Below, one piece after another: positions 12,195-25,293 of a stretch of 44,308 nt of DNA (the first letter of the stretch is position 1; every line of letters starts with the position of its first letter). A program made the position numbers and the translations under genes. The stretch spans positions 1 to 44,308 of the forward strand of contig DF237627.1 in assembly GCA_000708835.1 (NCBI GenBank), written 5' to 3'. The notes beneath the pieces were generated by a model. It made no database searches. It was not told where the DNA came from and saw nothing but the letters and a program-made list of their open reading frames with translations. Origin of the DNA: Klebsormidium nitens. Lineage: Eukaryota > Plantae > Klebsormidiophyceae.

Positions 12195-15100
12195 TCATGT
12201 TTTCTGCCGGACCCGCCGCCCATTCACATCGGCCCCGTCGGCCGCCTGGGCCCACACGCTGCGGGACCCGCTCGCGGCCCCCTTCTGGGAGCTCGTGAGG
12301 TCGTCGGGCGTCATCCCGTCGGGCATCCCGGCGACCGCGCGCAGCAGCTCTGCTTGCAGCCCCGGGCAGCTCACGCTCAGGTGCTCAAAGCCTTCCGACT
12401 TCATCACGGCTGCAAACCGAAAAAACAAGCTTCGTCAAGCAACTCGGACCTTAACTAAGGCTGCAACCATTGAAGACACGCTTCGTTAAAGTGAGCGTAC
12501 GACGTGAATGCCATTTCATATCTCACGATACCGTGACACTCGTCAAACTGCCGTCCAGAGTCTTGCCCGTCGAAATCGTGACAGCGTCCGCCGACTGCAT
12601 TCGAGTCCGCTTCAAGCGACGAGGTCGTCTTTTCCAATATGATAGGGCTGCGCGCGAGGAAGAGCAGTTGGCGAGATCCTGATGAGTGGCTCTTAACTTA
12701 CAGGACGTGACTTTCCAAAATACAGCAGTATCTAGAAGGCAGATGTGGTTCGGTTCATTCCGACCCATCTGAGCAACAGCTTGAGCGCCCGCCAAAATTG
12801 GCGACACCAACATCCGGGTTTGACTCTGCAGACCTTTTGACAGGTCTGCCGCACAATGAACTCCAAAGTCAGCAGTCCACTGGAGGACGAGAGCAGAAAC
12901 CAATCAAGACTCATCAGAAACAAATCCTGGTCTGAATCGGGACAGGCTTAATCCTCTCGTACCTGACCTGCGTGCGGTAAACCTTGGCTGCCACTGGCAG
13001 CTTCTGCTTGTTTCCTCAGTACACAAGACCAGAAGAAGAAGGAGCATCAAAGGACGACCAAAGAATCCGAAACGTTCAAAAGAAGCAAGCACAGGGACGG
13101 TCAGAAAAGGGCAGGTCGACTCACGGTTGCCTTCTGCACTGCCCACTGCAAACTGAACCGTATGCGCGGAAGAAAGGGCGACCAAAAGGAGCTGGAACGT
13201 AGAAAAAGCGAGGCACAAGAACCGGGCGACTGACGGTTGAGGTTCTGCGCTGCGTACTGCAGGCAGACCTTCTTGAGCTGCGCCGCGTGGTGTTGCTCCG
13301 CGAGCGCGAGCGTCGTCGCCACGGTGTCCACAGAGACGCCCTCGCACAGCTTGGCTTCGCAGATCAGCCGCAGGCGGTCGAGCCCGTACCGGTCGGCGGC
13401 GGCGAGCAAGTGCTGCGCCATGATGGTGGAGGAACTGCTGCTGGAGGAGCTGGAGGACGTCTCGGAGTCGGGGAGGGCGTCCGTGTAGATGAAGTGGAGG
13501 AGCGCCTGCAACGGGTTAAGAACGGGGTTAGGAAGTAGGTCAAGTGGAGGAGAACTGCGAAGAATAAGACGGCGGGTCAAGGATGGATTAGGGGAGAAAG
13601 AACCGTCAACGTTGAGGACGTCTCGGAGTCGGGGAGGGCGTCCGTGTAGATGAAGTGGAGGAGGGCCTGTGAGGAGTAGAGGAAATCGGACTGAGAACAG
13701 GGTTAGAGAGAATCACCATGATGTTTAATCTTGCCAGAGAGAGGAGCGCCTGGAAGACTTACGAAGGCAGTCGTTGACAAGAGAAAATTGCAAGGAAAAA
13801 TAAAGGGATATGTGACCTGAGTGAATTTAGAAATAGGAAAACCAAAAAAAAGGTCTAAAGCAGTGGACAGACTCTGCTTCGCAAACTGGGTGACGGAACA
13901 GTACCAACTCAAGGGGTGGTGTGTTATGCGGACTTTGTCCAAAGTTTATGAAACGAAAGCATCACAAGAGCGACCACCCAGCATGAACGCAGGAAAGTGC
14001 AAGAAAGGCGCCAGAAAAAACAAATGCTCCTTCCTGCGGCTTCTCTCCTCGTCCTTGTGAGCTTTCAATTGCACAGCATGCCTGCTCCGCAATTTGTCAG
14101 CTGCTTCGACATGCCTACCTCTGATGACGTAAATTTCGGCTCCACAAGCAGAACAAAGCAGCTTAAGGAGCAGCAACAAAGCTCAGCGCCACCACTGCAT
14201 GACAAAAAGTTGGAAAAATACTTCACTAGTGTCCAACGCCCTGCTTAAACCCCTGGAACCGATTGGCCCGAATGACAAAAAACCTGGACGCTCAGCAAAC
14301 TCAAAACCTGTGACGTAAACTCCTGAACTGAAAGTGTGACCAAACCCGGATCCCTGGTGTTCCATCAGGGACTGAAACTCGAATCTTGTCAATCAGAACG
14401 CCAGATCGCCGCAAGCTCTCACCCGGAAGATTGGGGCTTGCACATCGTCAATCTGTAGCGTGTTGCTCTTCTCCCGCAGGGGCCCCATGAGCTGCGCCTT
14501 GAACACCGGGGAGCGCGCGCACAAGATCAGCTTGTGGGCCCGGATCTGCTCTCCGTCGACTTCTAGTGTCAAGTCAGAGGCCTCCCCCGACTCCAAGAGC
14601 TGGCTGTAGTGCATCCCTAGCTGTGGCTCAGGGACGGGAATGATGAACTTTTCGGGGGACTGAGTGGTTGACACTACGACGCCAACGGTGCAAGTGAGGT
14701 TGAGAGTGTCGTTCTTGAGGTAGTCGGAGGTCTCGAGGGCGGCGCGCCGGAAGAAGCGCTTGTAGCCCCTGCGGGAGGGATGAGAGGCAAACAAAGGGTT
14801 AGGGTCGGTCAACTGCAGGTTAGCAAAAGGAGGAGGGTTACAGGAAGGCTATCGGAGTGGGCTAAGGATACAACACGTGAGCGGAGTAGTTAGAACAGCC
14901 GACAGGGTGTAGTTGAAAGAAGGTAACAGATATGATTGGCAGAAGATTACAAAGACCGTGAACATAAGTCCAGCTCATTGTATCCTAAGGAAACGAATCT
15001 TTTGACGCGGGAAGCTGAAACAGAGGGAGCGCAAAGGTGGATGGTTTGATCTTGAACGAGGGCGTTGTGGACATGCCCCGCCTCCGGCAATATAGAAGTT

Positions 15101-16233
15101 GATGCAAACTTTATGCTTGACATATCCCTATGTGCCATCTTTTTTACGGCGCCATTAGAGCTGGAGCGCATGCCTTGAGGCTGGCAATAGCCAGGTGGGG
15201 TATGCATAGCCTGATGGCCCCCTGACAAAAACGCTGCAGCAGGCCTGCAGCATATACAAATGTCGGGATCCCATACAAATAGAGTGGTTTTTCCATTTTT
15301 TACAGCCTGGGACCTTCCTGTGGATCTTGCAATAAGAAGTAACAGCTCATAAGCACTCCCTTGAGAGCATGAATCCTTGAAGCTCCCAGGCTGGGGCGAG
15401 CTAGATATGACTACGGATCTGTTGTAGAAACCATGCATGCATGCATCCGAGCACCATGTGCTACACCAATCTTATTTGCAAAGGCAACCATGAGCAAGCC
15501 ACACATTTTAGGGTTTGAATCTGTCCAAATGACTCAGCTGGAAGACTGGACATGCTGCAGTGAGCTGCAAGGTGCTATCAAACATGAAGTAGGCAACAAA
15601 GAACAGGAACCAAGAGCAAAAACACCCTTGCTCGAGAAAGGGAATAGTATTGAGGACTTCACAGAGACTGTAGCAGACGAGCCAAGAGACAAACCAAGAC
15701 CAACAACCAGACCAAGAGCCAGGGAAAAATGAACGAGCGGCGTAAACTTGTCTGACCAAAAGCTGAGTGACTTTCTGAAGCGCAGGTGCTCTGAGCGACA
15801 ACCTACACCAGGAAAGCTACTCAAAGCGAGCGGCTTACCACATGCTGCCTCGATACTTGAGCGTGTACGGCCCGCTTTCGAGAGCCCTGTCAAAGTGGCT
15901 GTGCACCTTGTGCTTCCCCTTCCCGCTCATGTCGACCAGCGTGAGCTCAAAGAGGGCCCTCACGTCCTGCCCCTCGCTCGCAAGTGCGATAAAGACCGAC
16001 ACATACATGGAGTTGTCCTCTGCATTTTTTCCGTCCGGATAGAAATAGATGGCCCACTGGTAGCCCCCCACCGTGAACATGTCGCTTGCGATGTACTTCC
16101 CGACGCCCATGCCCTTGGCGAGAGAGTATCCATTTATTGTGAAGTGATGGCTCCCATTGACAGTCTCTGTGACGTTCTTCGAGCATGTGGGAGAGCTGGA
16201 GGCGAGCATCTCGGGCTTTGGGGGGCGGGCCAT
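12195..16233 (-). CDS. BPM: BTB/POZ-MATH domain protein (CUL3 substrate adaptor)
   Basis: Exons 16233-15839, 14768-14423, 13505-13235, 12409-12195 total 1227 nt (408 aa plus stop). MATH domain ([47 protein letters not shown]...[12 protein letters not shown]), BTB domain ([20 protein letters not shown]...[12 protein letters not shown]...[16 protein letters not shown]) and plant BPM C-terminus (RSVWAQ...GRRVRQKT). Confidence 0.97.
13614..13669 (-). repeat. Intronic duplicate of BPM exon 3 acceptor and 5' end
   Basis: 13614-13663 is identical to 13453-13502 (50 nt), followed by GCC versus GCG and its own CAG acceptor. Confidence 0.95.
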
Positions 16234-17610
16234 CTCTGAGCAAATCTGAACTTAACCAGCGACTGCTCTGAACTACCTGCTTCCTTGAACCCTAGATGCT
16301 TTCTACCAATGCTATGTTTTCCGGTGCTCGTCACACCGTCGGCCTGCAACCTGAAGTCTAACCCTAGGCGTGTCGGAACCCTCGCCGTATCCAAATCTCT
16401 AAACGCGTCTTGCCCTAGATGCCCTCCACAAGAAAGGGCCACGACCCAGGACGTTCTTAGAAAGAGGAGAGGTGTCAGTTGTCGATATCCAAAAGCTCCA
16501 TCCTTCTCAAATCCCGACGTCGTAACAGCAAGCCAACACAGCCGTCACAAACTCCACTTATTCACTTGCAAGAAAAAAAGCTTTCGCTGTCTGGTCAACA
16601 ATATGTTGACATGGTCGGACTCGGCGCCCTTCAAACTACAAAACAAACTGACGGCTTTCCCAGGCTCTTAGGGCCACTCAGTTTACCAAAGTGCTGCCTT
16701 GCAAACAGACGTCAGAATGCTGGAAACAGGAAGGGCCTCCCTATCAGAAGTCCGTCCCCTTCCTCTGCCCTGTTGTGACCCTCCGCTGTCTAGAGCGCTC
16801 TCCAGACTGAGCCCCTGCTTCCCCTTCTGCGCAGATCGAGGACACGAGCAAGAACAGTGCTCAGCCTGTGATCTGTCAACGGGAGGTTTTCCTCGACAAC
16901 ACCGTATATCCCAACATATCCACAGAGACCTCTTTCTGCCAAAAGATCCATAGATCATTCTGCTTGCATCCTTATGAAATAGGTCATTTATATTTTAATA
17001 CGATGACTGGTCAAGTTTCAAGAGAGGCACAGTCCTGTCAAAAGACTTGGGGTTTTATTTTCCCAATATGGTGATAGGCTCGTATTGGGTCCATAAGCGT
17101 CATGAGTCCGATGTCAAATGACCGCAAACCTGCCGTATAGGACCAGGCACTTACTGACAAAAGGTTTAGAACGTATGCATCGGATCTGATAGGATTTAAT
17201 CCCAATCGTTCCGGCAAAGTTCGAATCTGAGATCCGCAAAATCTGCACTCCAGTCTCCAGTGAACAGGACAACTTGCTCCACGAGCTGAAGCGGCGAAGG
17301 CCCGGAGGGCGGCATTGTGTTGTATTCGAAAGCGACAGTGTCAGTGGTAGGATATCTTCTGAATCGTCTGTCCTCCATCCTCCGCACACGCAGCCTCTGG
17401 ACACCTTCTAGTCGTGTTAGCATTTCCAGGTGTTTTACAATTGCCACTACATTCCCTGCACAATCGGATTCTTGCTGTTGCCCGTCAGTTGGCATCATAA
17501 GGATCGGACTAGCGGAGGGAAACATTCTGCTGCAGCAGCGCAACCTGCCATCAGTGTGCATCTATCCTCCTTCAAGATTGATCAGGTTGCTCAAAGACTG
17601 ATACTGAGCG

Positions 17611-18468
17611 ATGAGCAGGATGGCAAACAACGCAGTTGGCCGGCCGCTGTTCAGTCTTCTAGACAGCAAGCTGAGAGTGAGTGCAATCTGCGAAAGCTGT
17701 GCACATTTACTCATGCTGTGTGTTTGCCCTGTAGACTGCCCTTCTTACCAATGAGAAACTGTGGTTGTGTCGCTTGATATCTCTGGTTTGTTACACAACA
17801 ATTTGAGCTTAAAACGATTGCAGAAGAAGTGAGAAATGCAGCTGAGTTTGCAAACTTGGTCCACTCTTGAGGGTTGTCTTGTTATCATCCACACTCAGAA
17901 TTCTGTCCCTCTGGGGCCAGGGACAGTACATTCAAAATCTTCTTCAACTGGCACCGCTGTGGAAATGTCCACTGCAGGCGGCTTTCAACCCCGTTAATCT
18001 CACCATCGTCAATGAGTCACGAATGCATGCTGGCCATTCTGGCAACCCGTCTGGGGACCCCGATGCTGAAACGCACTTCCGGTGAGCTCCTCAACCGATC
18101 CGGGTTGTTCCGCGCTCTACTGTTTCCTTATGCACAAATGGCATGGATTCTGTGACTCTTAATCTCCGACTGCAAGGTTCGCAGGTACTTTGGATGATCA
18201 CCCCCAAAGAATTCTCATTTCACCTAAACCCCAATGTCGATCTAATCTCAGTGATCTCGTCCTATGATGCTGTTGACCATCTGCCCGCTTCTTTGACAGA
18301 GTCGAAATGATATCCGAGGCGTTTGAAAAGAAGCCTTTGGTCCAGCGGCATAGACAAGTTTATGATCTCCTCAAAGAGGAACTAGAACCAGGAAAGATTC
18401 ATGCGCTGGCACTGAAGTTGAAGACGCCCTCAGAAGCAGAAAAAGAGGCTTCCAAGAGAACGTTATAA
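17611..18468 (+). CDS. BolA: BolA-family protein
   Basis: Exons 17611-17676, 17978-18081, 18300-18468 total 339 nt. Translation includes SKLRAAFNPVNLTIVNESRMHAGH...[51 protein letters not shown], with the BolA ES-x2-H, THF, F-x5-V-x-RHR-x-VY and IHAL motifs. Further upstream exons (transit peptide) cannot be excluded. Confidence 0.9.
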
Positions 18469-19400
18469 TGATCTCAAAATCAGTTCCTTGCTTAACGAGC
18501 TTGTTGGGTACACAAGCCAAGCTTATTCCGAAAGGTTGCGTTGGTGTGTAATCCTAGAGCTCTGTGCTCGGAAGTAATCTTGTAAAGTTCTCCATGTGGC
18601 ACTCTGGAAATATAAAAAGTCTTTGGCGGTCCTATATCTGGCTGCGGGCCGGCCGGCTCAATCAAGGGCACGTCCAATCCTGGCTTGCATATTGTCATGC
18701 CTGGCTACTTCGTGGGCGGTGCATGATCCCTTGCACCATGGTGCATGGAATATATATGCAGATCGATTGGATCGACAACAAACATACTCGATTGGAGGGC
18801 AACGTACCTATAACTGGCCCGTGTATAAGCACGCCGGGAATCTGGAAGTCATGCATGAACTAAGGAGGGTACGGTTCGTATCATTACACATGTTTCAGAA
18901 GAGATATATGCAACTCAGCACCTCAGTCTGTCACTATAGATTCAATCCACAATGATGGACTCACAGCAAGAGCATGATCACATGCAAATTAAAGCGCAGC
19001 TGGCAGCTGTATATGTGCTCGACGGATTGGACTGTGGAACCATAATTGTTGGCCGGGGAGGATGTGACAGAACACATCAGTGTGCAAAAGATGACTTCAC
19101 CAGGATCAAATTCGGTCTCAGTGTAAGGCTAGGCCCGCTGGCTAGAACAAACGGATGGTCCACTTGCATACATAATACTTGAGGGCTCCGAATCCTCCCC
19201 TCCGGTAGTATTACGTGGCTTCTGGAAAACAACACTGTCATTAACAATGTACAACTCTCGAATCGTAATTCTAGGCGACATCGGAGTGCCAAAAACACGC
19301 GGACCTAGGCTCTAACTCAAAGCCAGGCAGCTGCTTGCAGCCTGGTCAACACATCTGCTCACTATCTCAAAAGCAACGCGGACGGTTCCTGACAACTCGG

Positions 19401-21081
19401 CTACTCTGGCGGCTCCTGGGCTCGTCGCATTTTGGAAGCGACTTGTGAGATGGGCACACAGCGCTTCAGATCCCTATCGTACAGATAGCCTGGTGCGCAT
19501 AAAGGCACACATGCCACCGCGTTCGGGTCGAAGTAAAAGCCCACCGGGCATGACTCCTCCTTCGTTTCGAAAAGCTGGGCCGCTGCCCAGGCCAGGAACC
19601 GGTCTCCAATTGATCTGTCCCTTTCTATAGACCCCTGGCAAAAGCGAAAGAAAGGAATCAGTCGTTCAACATTTAGTGCCTCACTCTTGTGAAGAACCTT
19701 CCGAATCAGGTCTCGACCCATGATCGTATTGACGGTCGTGTGATACGACTGCTCGCTGCCCGGTTTAACGAACATAAACACAAACTCAAACAGGCTCGGC
19801 TTCGGTTCACACTCGATTATGATGCGTCGCGGCTTGCCCAAGTCTCCTCTGCCGCCAACCTTGCTCGACGACGACGAACAATCAGAATGGATCGCTCTCG
19901 AAGGCAGGTTCCAGAGTCCTCGCCTGCAGAGTCTCCAAGAGAAGCGGCAGATGAGCCTTAGCTGTTCCCGCTCCGATTTGCTAGGTCTGTGTTCTCGGAC
20001 TGGAAAAAGAGCTGGTGCTCAGAATCATAATGTTCCTGATCTCGAGGCTTCCATCAAAGGACGACGATAGTGCTTCAAAGGATTCTCTAGTCAAAAAGAA
20101 CCATCTTTGCTTGTACGTGGATACTTAGGTTGACGATGATCGCAAGAGAGCGAGGAACAGAGGCGGGAAAGGAGCGACAATCTCGCCAACTTTCGCCACA
20201 AGCTCGCGTCGGAGTATGAGAGCATGTTCGAGCCTGAGAAAGAAGGTCAAGACGGCCGCCACGTAAAGTGATCAACTAGAAAGGTTAGGCCGCCCCGGAA
20301 AGTGTGTGCACTCAGAGCCGGCATGGCCTTTCTGCTCCTAAAATGCGTTCTGAAAAACTGCATCGAAGCGACAGCGGCATGCGGAAACATGGCTTTTTCA
20401 ATCGATCCATCTTGTCACACCATTACAACAAGGTGTTGGGGATGATCAGCCGAAATCCGAACGGCGCTCACAGCGCTCGTTTGAAGCCACTAAAAAGCCC
20501 GCTTCCCTGGAGTCGAACCTTGCGGCATTTCAGCCAAGTGTTCGCCAATCGCATTCTAAATTTTCTCGGGCGACTATGCAGAAAGTTACGGATTTGACTT
20601 ACACTCTCGGAATGAGCGGACAATTTGGCAAGACGACCTGAAGTTGCCAAGTCAGATCGTGAAAGGAACCAACGTGTGTCGAAGCAGGCCCAGCGCACAA
20701 GATACAAACCCCATTGTCACTATCTCCGATTGAAACCTCAACAGATCTTCCCGCTGCAACTGCTGGCATCGCGCCGAGATTCCGATGCTTCCATGTCTGT
20801 AGCCCTGAAGCGAACAGGCCAACATCCAAAAAGACACAAGAAAAGCCGATTGAATCCAAACGATTTCTGCAGGGGCTTGCATCGGAGAAACTCTGACTCA
20901 CCTGCACAGGGGCACACGCGTTCAGGTCCTCGTCATACACGTACACGTCCCCGCAATTAGTGTCTGGCACGCACTCCCCGTCCTTGAGAACGTACCCCGG
21001 CTCGCACACTTCGGACACCAGAACGCATGTCTTCGTCTCGGGGTCGTACTTGTATCCCGGCCGGCACATGTATACGCAGGC
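19401..21081 (-). CDS. Cys-rich repeat protein (C-x2-G-[YF]-x-[YF]-D-x5-C type repeats); internal and 5' exons unresolved
   Basis: Clean 180-nt exon 21081-20902 (TTGCAG| ... |GTGAGT) encodes ACVYMCRPGYKYDPETKTCVLVSEVCEPGYVLKDGECVPDTNCGDVYVYDEDLNACAPVQ. A terminal segment ending at 19401 encodes CPVGFYFDPNAVACVPLCAPGYLYDRDLKRCVP. Same strand and same motif suggest one gene, but the link is inferred. Confidence 0.5.
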
Positions 21082-23717
21082 CTGCAATGAAAACGTGATG
21101 ATTACGTCTCAGAAGCAGACCACTAATTTCGTACTAGAGTCATGAGATGAATTCGAGAAAAGATGGTCGAGATGGCCAGACTATTCCGATTCCCAGGTCG
21201 ATAAAAGCGGCCATGAAACTTCTACCAAGAAATGGAAGGGTTTAGAGCGTCTAGGTCAACTGTAGTCTCGGAAATAAACGGTCCTGTAGTTTCACGAGGA
21301 ATGCGATTATCAAGCGCAGTGACCTAGGAACTCTTCTAAAAAGAAGCTGAGCTCAACGCGCTCTTCTCGGTTGCCGCGAAAGGCTGTGCCCAAGCTGCAT
21401 AGCGGAAGCTGAGTTAAGGGCGAGCTCGAGGAAGCGTGATGTCCATGACAAGACATGCCAAGATTAGTCACGCTGAGCACTTATACCACCGAATATGATC
21501 TTGTTGTACTATGCATCTGGAAGATAGCAGGAATGCAGATTGGAAGTGTGGTCTCTTGCTGCTCGAGATCGGTTAAGGAGCTCGTTTTTGACCACAATTG
21601 AGTACCTTTCTCTCCGCTATTATTAAGTTTCGAGCCTGTACCCCATCGCTTGGTTGAGTCCTCCTCTCCGAGACTTAGAAAGGCTTCGGATCCCCTTGGC
21701 AACAACTCGTTTCGGTTCAGGAAAAAATCGAGCAATGTAAGTGGCCTCAATGAGGCACTCCGAATGCGCTATGCCTTTGACCTTGGTTTCCTATTAACTC
21801 AATTCGTCAGAAGACCACAACACCAGAAAACAGGCAGTACTGAGGCAATGTTGATGACACCAACCATTCGAACAATAGCAAGATGCGCGCACCTTTGTTC
21901 TAGGATCTAGATAGTAGCCCTGTCCGCCACACGGGTTTGGGGGAACCAGTTTGGTCACAACAGCTTTGACCGCCCTGCAGGAAGGCCGCAGCCATTTAAG
22001 CAGGGTGTCTTTCCCGCTCTAGGAAAAGATGTCAGAGACAGCCTCTGAGACAGCTTCCGCTGCACCGCAAAAAAGAAAAAACCAGACAATCATCTGACCA
22101 TCCAAAACACCTCTGAACACACTAGCTTTTCGCCCATACACTGTCAGAGGAATCAGAGACAACCTTGTTTACTGCAGTTGCTCTACTGTTTGACACATTC
22201 CCAAAATCAATTCTGCTAAGCGTCAGATAGAGTCTCTATCAACTCCAGTCGCGCACTAGGTGATCATCCCTCTTCATTAATTGGAGTAGCACAACAACAA
22301 AAGATATGTGGACTGCAGTAATCGAGGACATAGGAGCGATCCCCAGAAACATCCGGACGGATGGGACTTAGGCTGACGGTGACGCATGGTATACCCAGAG
22401 CTTGTTTTCAAGGCGATAAAAAGGTGATCAGAACTTTGGAACTCACCAAGCAGGGACCGATGTCCAGTCCATCGAAGCTGCAACCACTCGTGGTGCCCTG
22501 CGAATCCTTGGCCCTGACAAACAATCCAGGAAGTTGGCTTTCAGCACAGGCTTTGCTTAGTTCCCAGAGAATGCAGCACATACCACCCAACCTTCAAGAC
22601 CCGCCCAGCAGATGCTCTAGTGGTCCTATTTGATTGACAGAGATATGCATCAATTACCTGGCTGGAACGTAAGTTTTATCGAGGGAAGCCAGTTCCAGCA
22701 ACAGCAAAACGTGCGCTCCGTGTCTGCATCCGATACTCTCGCTTCAGCGCTTGGGCCCTCTTCTGTATCCAGAATTTTTTGAGCTTTTGTGCTACTCTCT
22801 GAAGTCCCAGTTTGGCAATTGACTGCACTTGCCACTGGATATCCCCAGGATGTGCGGCACAGAGTCACAAGAGAGCTGGATTTCACACCCGCATAGTTGT
22901 CAGACTATTGCGACAGGTTCTTGCACCTTGCGAAAGCAGTGAATTCCTGCAAACCAGATGCCCCAGTCGGATTAGTCCGCAAATTGTACGTGAATGGCAT
23001 ACCTGCTTTTCTTGAGCCAATGAACACGCTAGCCATCGTCCAGTCATCAGTACCTAAGCGAGGATTGGCAACTCTTTGCAGAGCAATCGCCCCGGTTCGG
23101 CTGAGGAGTACACTGCAGGAGCTAGCCATGGTCCCTCCGACTCCTTCAAATCAAATTCAACTTGCCCTCCGTTTTGCCTCGCAACCCATTCCCTGTACCT
23201 TTGAAGCGCCTACTTGCCTTCCCCGTGCCAGTAAGATTGTGACTGAAACTTAAAGAGTGAAGGGGGGCAGGATAGGCCAAGCTTCTTGAAGTTCTTCTGA
23301 ATAATGAATTGAAACTCCACATTCCTTGAAGTTCTCAGCAAGAGAAGGCGGCAAGGCAAGCTGCTGTGCGTTGGTTTGCAAACCCAGAATCCTGACCACA
23401 GCCCCTCGAGCAAAACCGGTCCCGTGGAACGCCCGTTGTTTTTGTTGCCAAGACTGGGTCTTGCGTATTCGGTATCTTTCCCTGCTGAACCGGTGACTGC
23501 CGTTTCTCTTCTGACCTTCCAGTAACCCCAGTGGGGTTACTTTAGCTGGACGGCTTTCCACAACCTTGAAAATTTCTAGCTGAAGAAATGTCGTACAGTT
23601 GAACTTGAGGCAGAGTTGAGGAGGAGGGAAGGAGGCGTCTAAAGTTGAGAGAACGCTGCATTCCAGGTCAACGGGCCTGCTAGGAGAAGGGATTGCTGCC
23701 TCCTTTGAGAGAGCACC

Positions 23718-25293
23718 ATGGCTCACAACAGGTCACCTCTTGTTTTGACCGCTGCAGAGGAAGATGCGGTGATCCGAGACCGGCTGATCACGAGAACTGG
23801 CATGACCGCACCGATCACCTGGCAGAAAAAGGTCATGCAACGATTTGCTGCTCTGTCTGCTAGCCTGGTGTCAGACGCGAGCCTTGAAGAGAGTGACAAG
23901 TTATTTGACGGTCTGTTGGATGCATTGAAAGTCATGCTGCTGCCAGTGCAGAAGAGCTTCCAGGGAGTGGAGGCAAGCCGGAGGGACGAGAGGCTGGCGC
24001 GCGAGCTGCACGAAAAGACGCTGCAGGAAATTGCAAATGTAAGTCCGTTATACTTGAAACCCGTGCAAGCAGCCTGCTTTTTGTTGAGACACTGCCACTG
24101 CCGGTGGTTGATTGGGGGTCCATCAATAAAGCAGGCGGTGCAGCTTTTCATGGACAGACTCTTGGTAAGAGTGAAGCTGCAGATTGCGTGCCCTCTGGCG
24201 GATATAATTCTGGCAACCAATGGCTGTATGATAGAGAATTTTATTGGAGAAAGCTGGCCACACTGATTTCAATGAGCGTTCCAGCACTAAACGAACTCTG
24301 GTGAGTTCCAGATGCATCCTGGGGCAAGAGAGTGGGGTCAGAGGGCATCTTTCTGCCTTGTCCAAAAGGTTTTGTTGGTGGGCCATTTCAGAATACACAA
24401 ATCATGCAGTCGCTCTCTGTTTCTGAATCGTTTGACCTGGGGTCCCTATGCTCCATCTTCACACAAGCTTAACATCCTAGGAGCATGTGGAAGCGAAACA
24501 GCGTTCGCTCATCAACTCTTGTGCGTGCTTTCTTGCAGACTTCTGCAGAGATTGAGCGGCTGAAAACTGAGCTCGACACAGCCAAGATCGAGCGGAAAAA
24601 CCTGGAGGAGTGCGAGACGATCAGGGAGACGGTGGCTGCTCAGCCCTCCAGGGCGCAGTCAACTAGAAGCATAGAAGAGACGCAGAGGGAGATTGCTGAG
24701 ATGGAACGAGAGATCGCAGCGGCGGCTTTGGCATTCTTTCACAGAAAGAAACAGTTTGCCTTACTAATGCACGTGGTAAGTTCAGCTTGACGCATGCTCT
24801 CAATGATCGAGCACTTGCCCGTTTCCTCTGCTGCTGACTGCTGACAATCAGGTTCCGTACTGACCTCGGAGACTTCGGGTTTGTTGTCACCTATTGCCTT
24901 GTCCTTCCTGTTTGTTTGTCTTGACTATAGGTAGGGAAGAGCTGCAACTATCTGGTCACCGATCAGCTGCCTTGATTCTTAGCATGCTGTTTCGGTAAGA
25001 CCCGCTCTCCTCTTGCTGGGTCGAAGGATCTGAGGTCATTGGCGTCCCTGCAGAGAAACCTCACAAATGATCCTGACGTCATAAGTAACAGCCCTATATG
25101 TCATTGTGGTTACACCCCTATCAAGTTTTCAACGCAAGGGACGCTTTGATTGCAGATTGACAGCATCCAGACAGAGATACAAGAAGAGAAGTTCCTCGCA
25201 ATCGTGCGGAATCAGCAGGATCAAGAGCAAGGACGCGAAGCAGCTGTATTGACGGAGCCAGGTACAGACCCGATGCTTGTGGACGAAGGTTGA
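23718..25293 (+). CDS. THO7: THO complex subunit 7
   Basis: Exons 23718-24038, 24539-24775, 25156-25293 total 696 nt (231 aa plus stop). Motifs EDAVIRDRLITRT, AEIERLKTELDTAKIERKNLEECETIRETVAAQPSR and RKKQFALLMHV match plant THO7 (DDKIIRNRLLTRT, EECETIR...AQPPR, RKKQFALLMHV). Confidence 0.92.

Noticed and set aside
12455-12903. Protein-like ORFs inside BPM intron 3
   Set aside because: No recognisable motif, and BPM closes in frame without them.
13235-16443. Long antisense or alternate-frame ORFs over BPM (e.g. 15748-16239, 13287-13538) and similar ones over other GC-rich exons
   Set aside because: Expected shadows of GC3-rich coding sequence.
23521-23541. Near-perfect palindrome AGTAACCCCA-G-TGGGGTTACT upstream of THO7
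   Set aside because: Single 10-bp-arm hairpin with nothing else to support a function.
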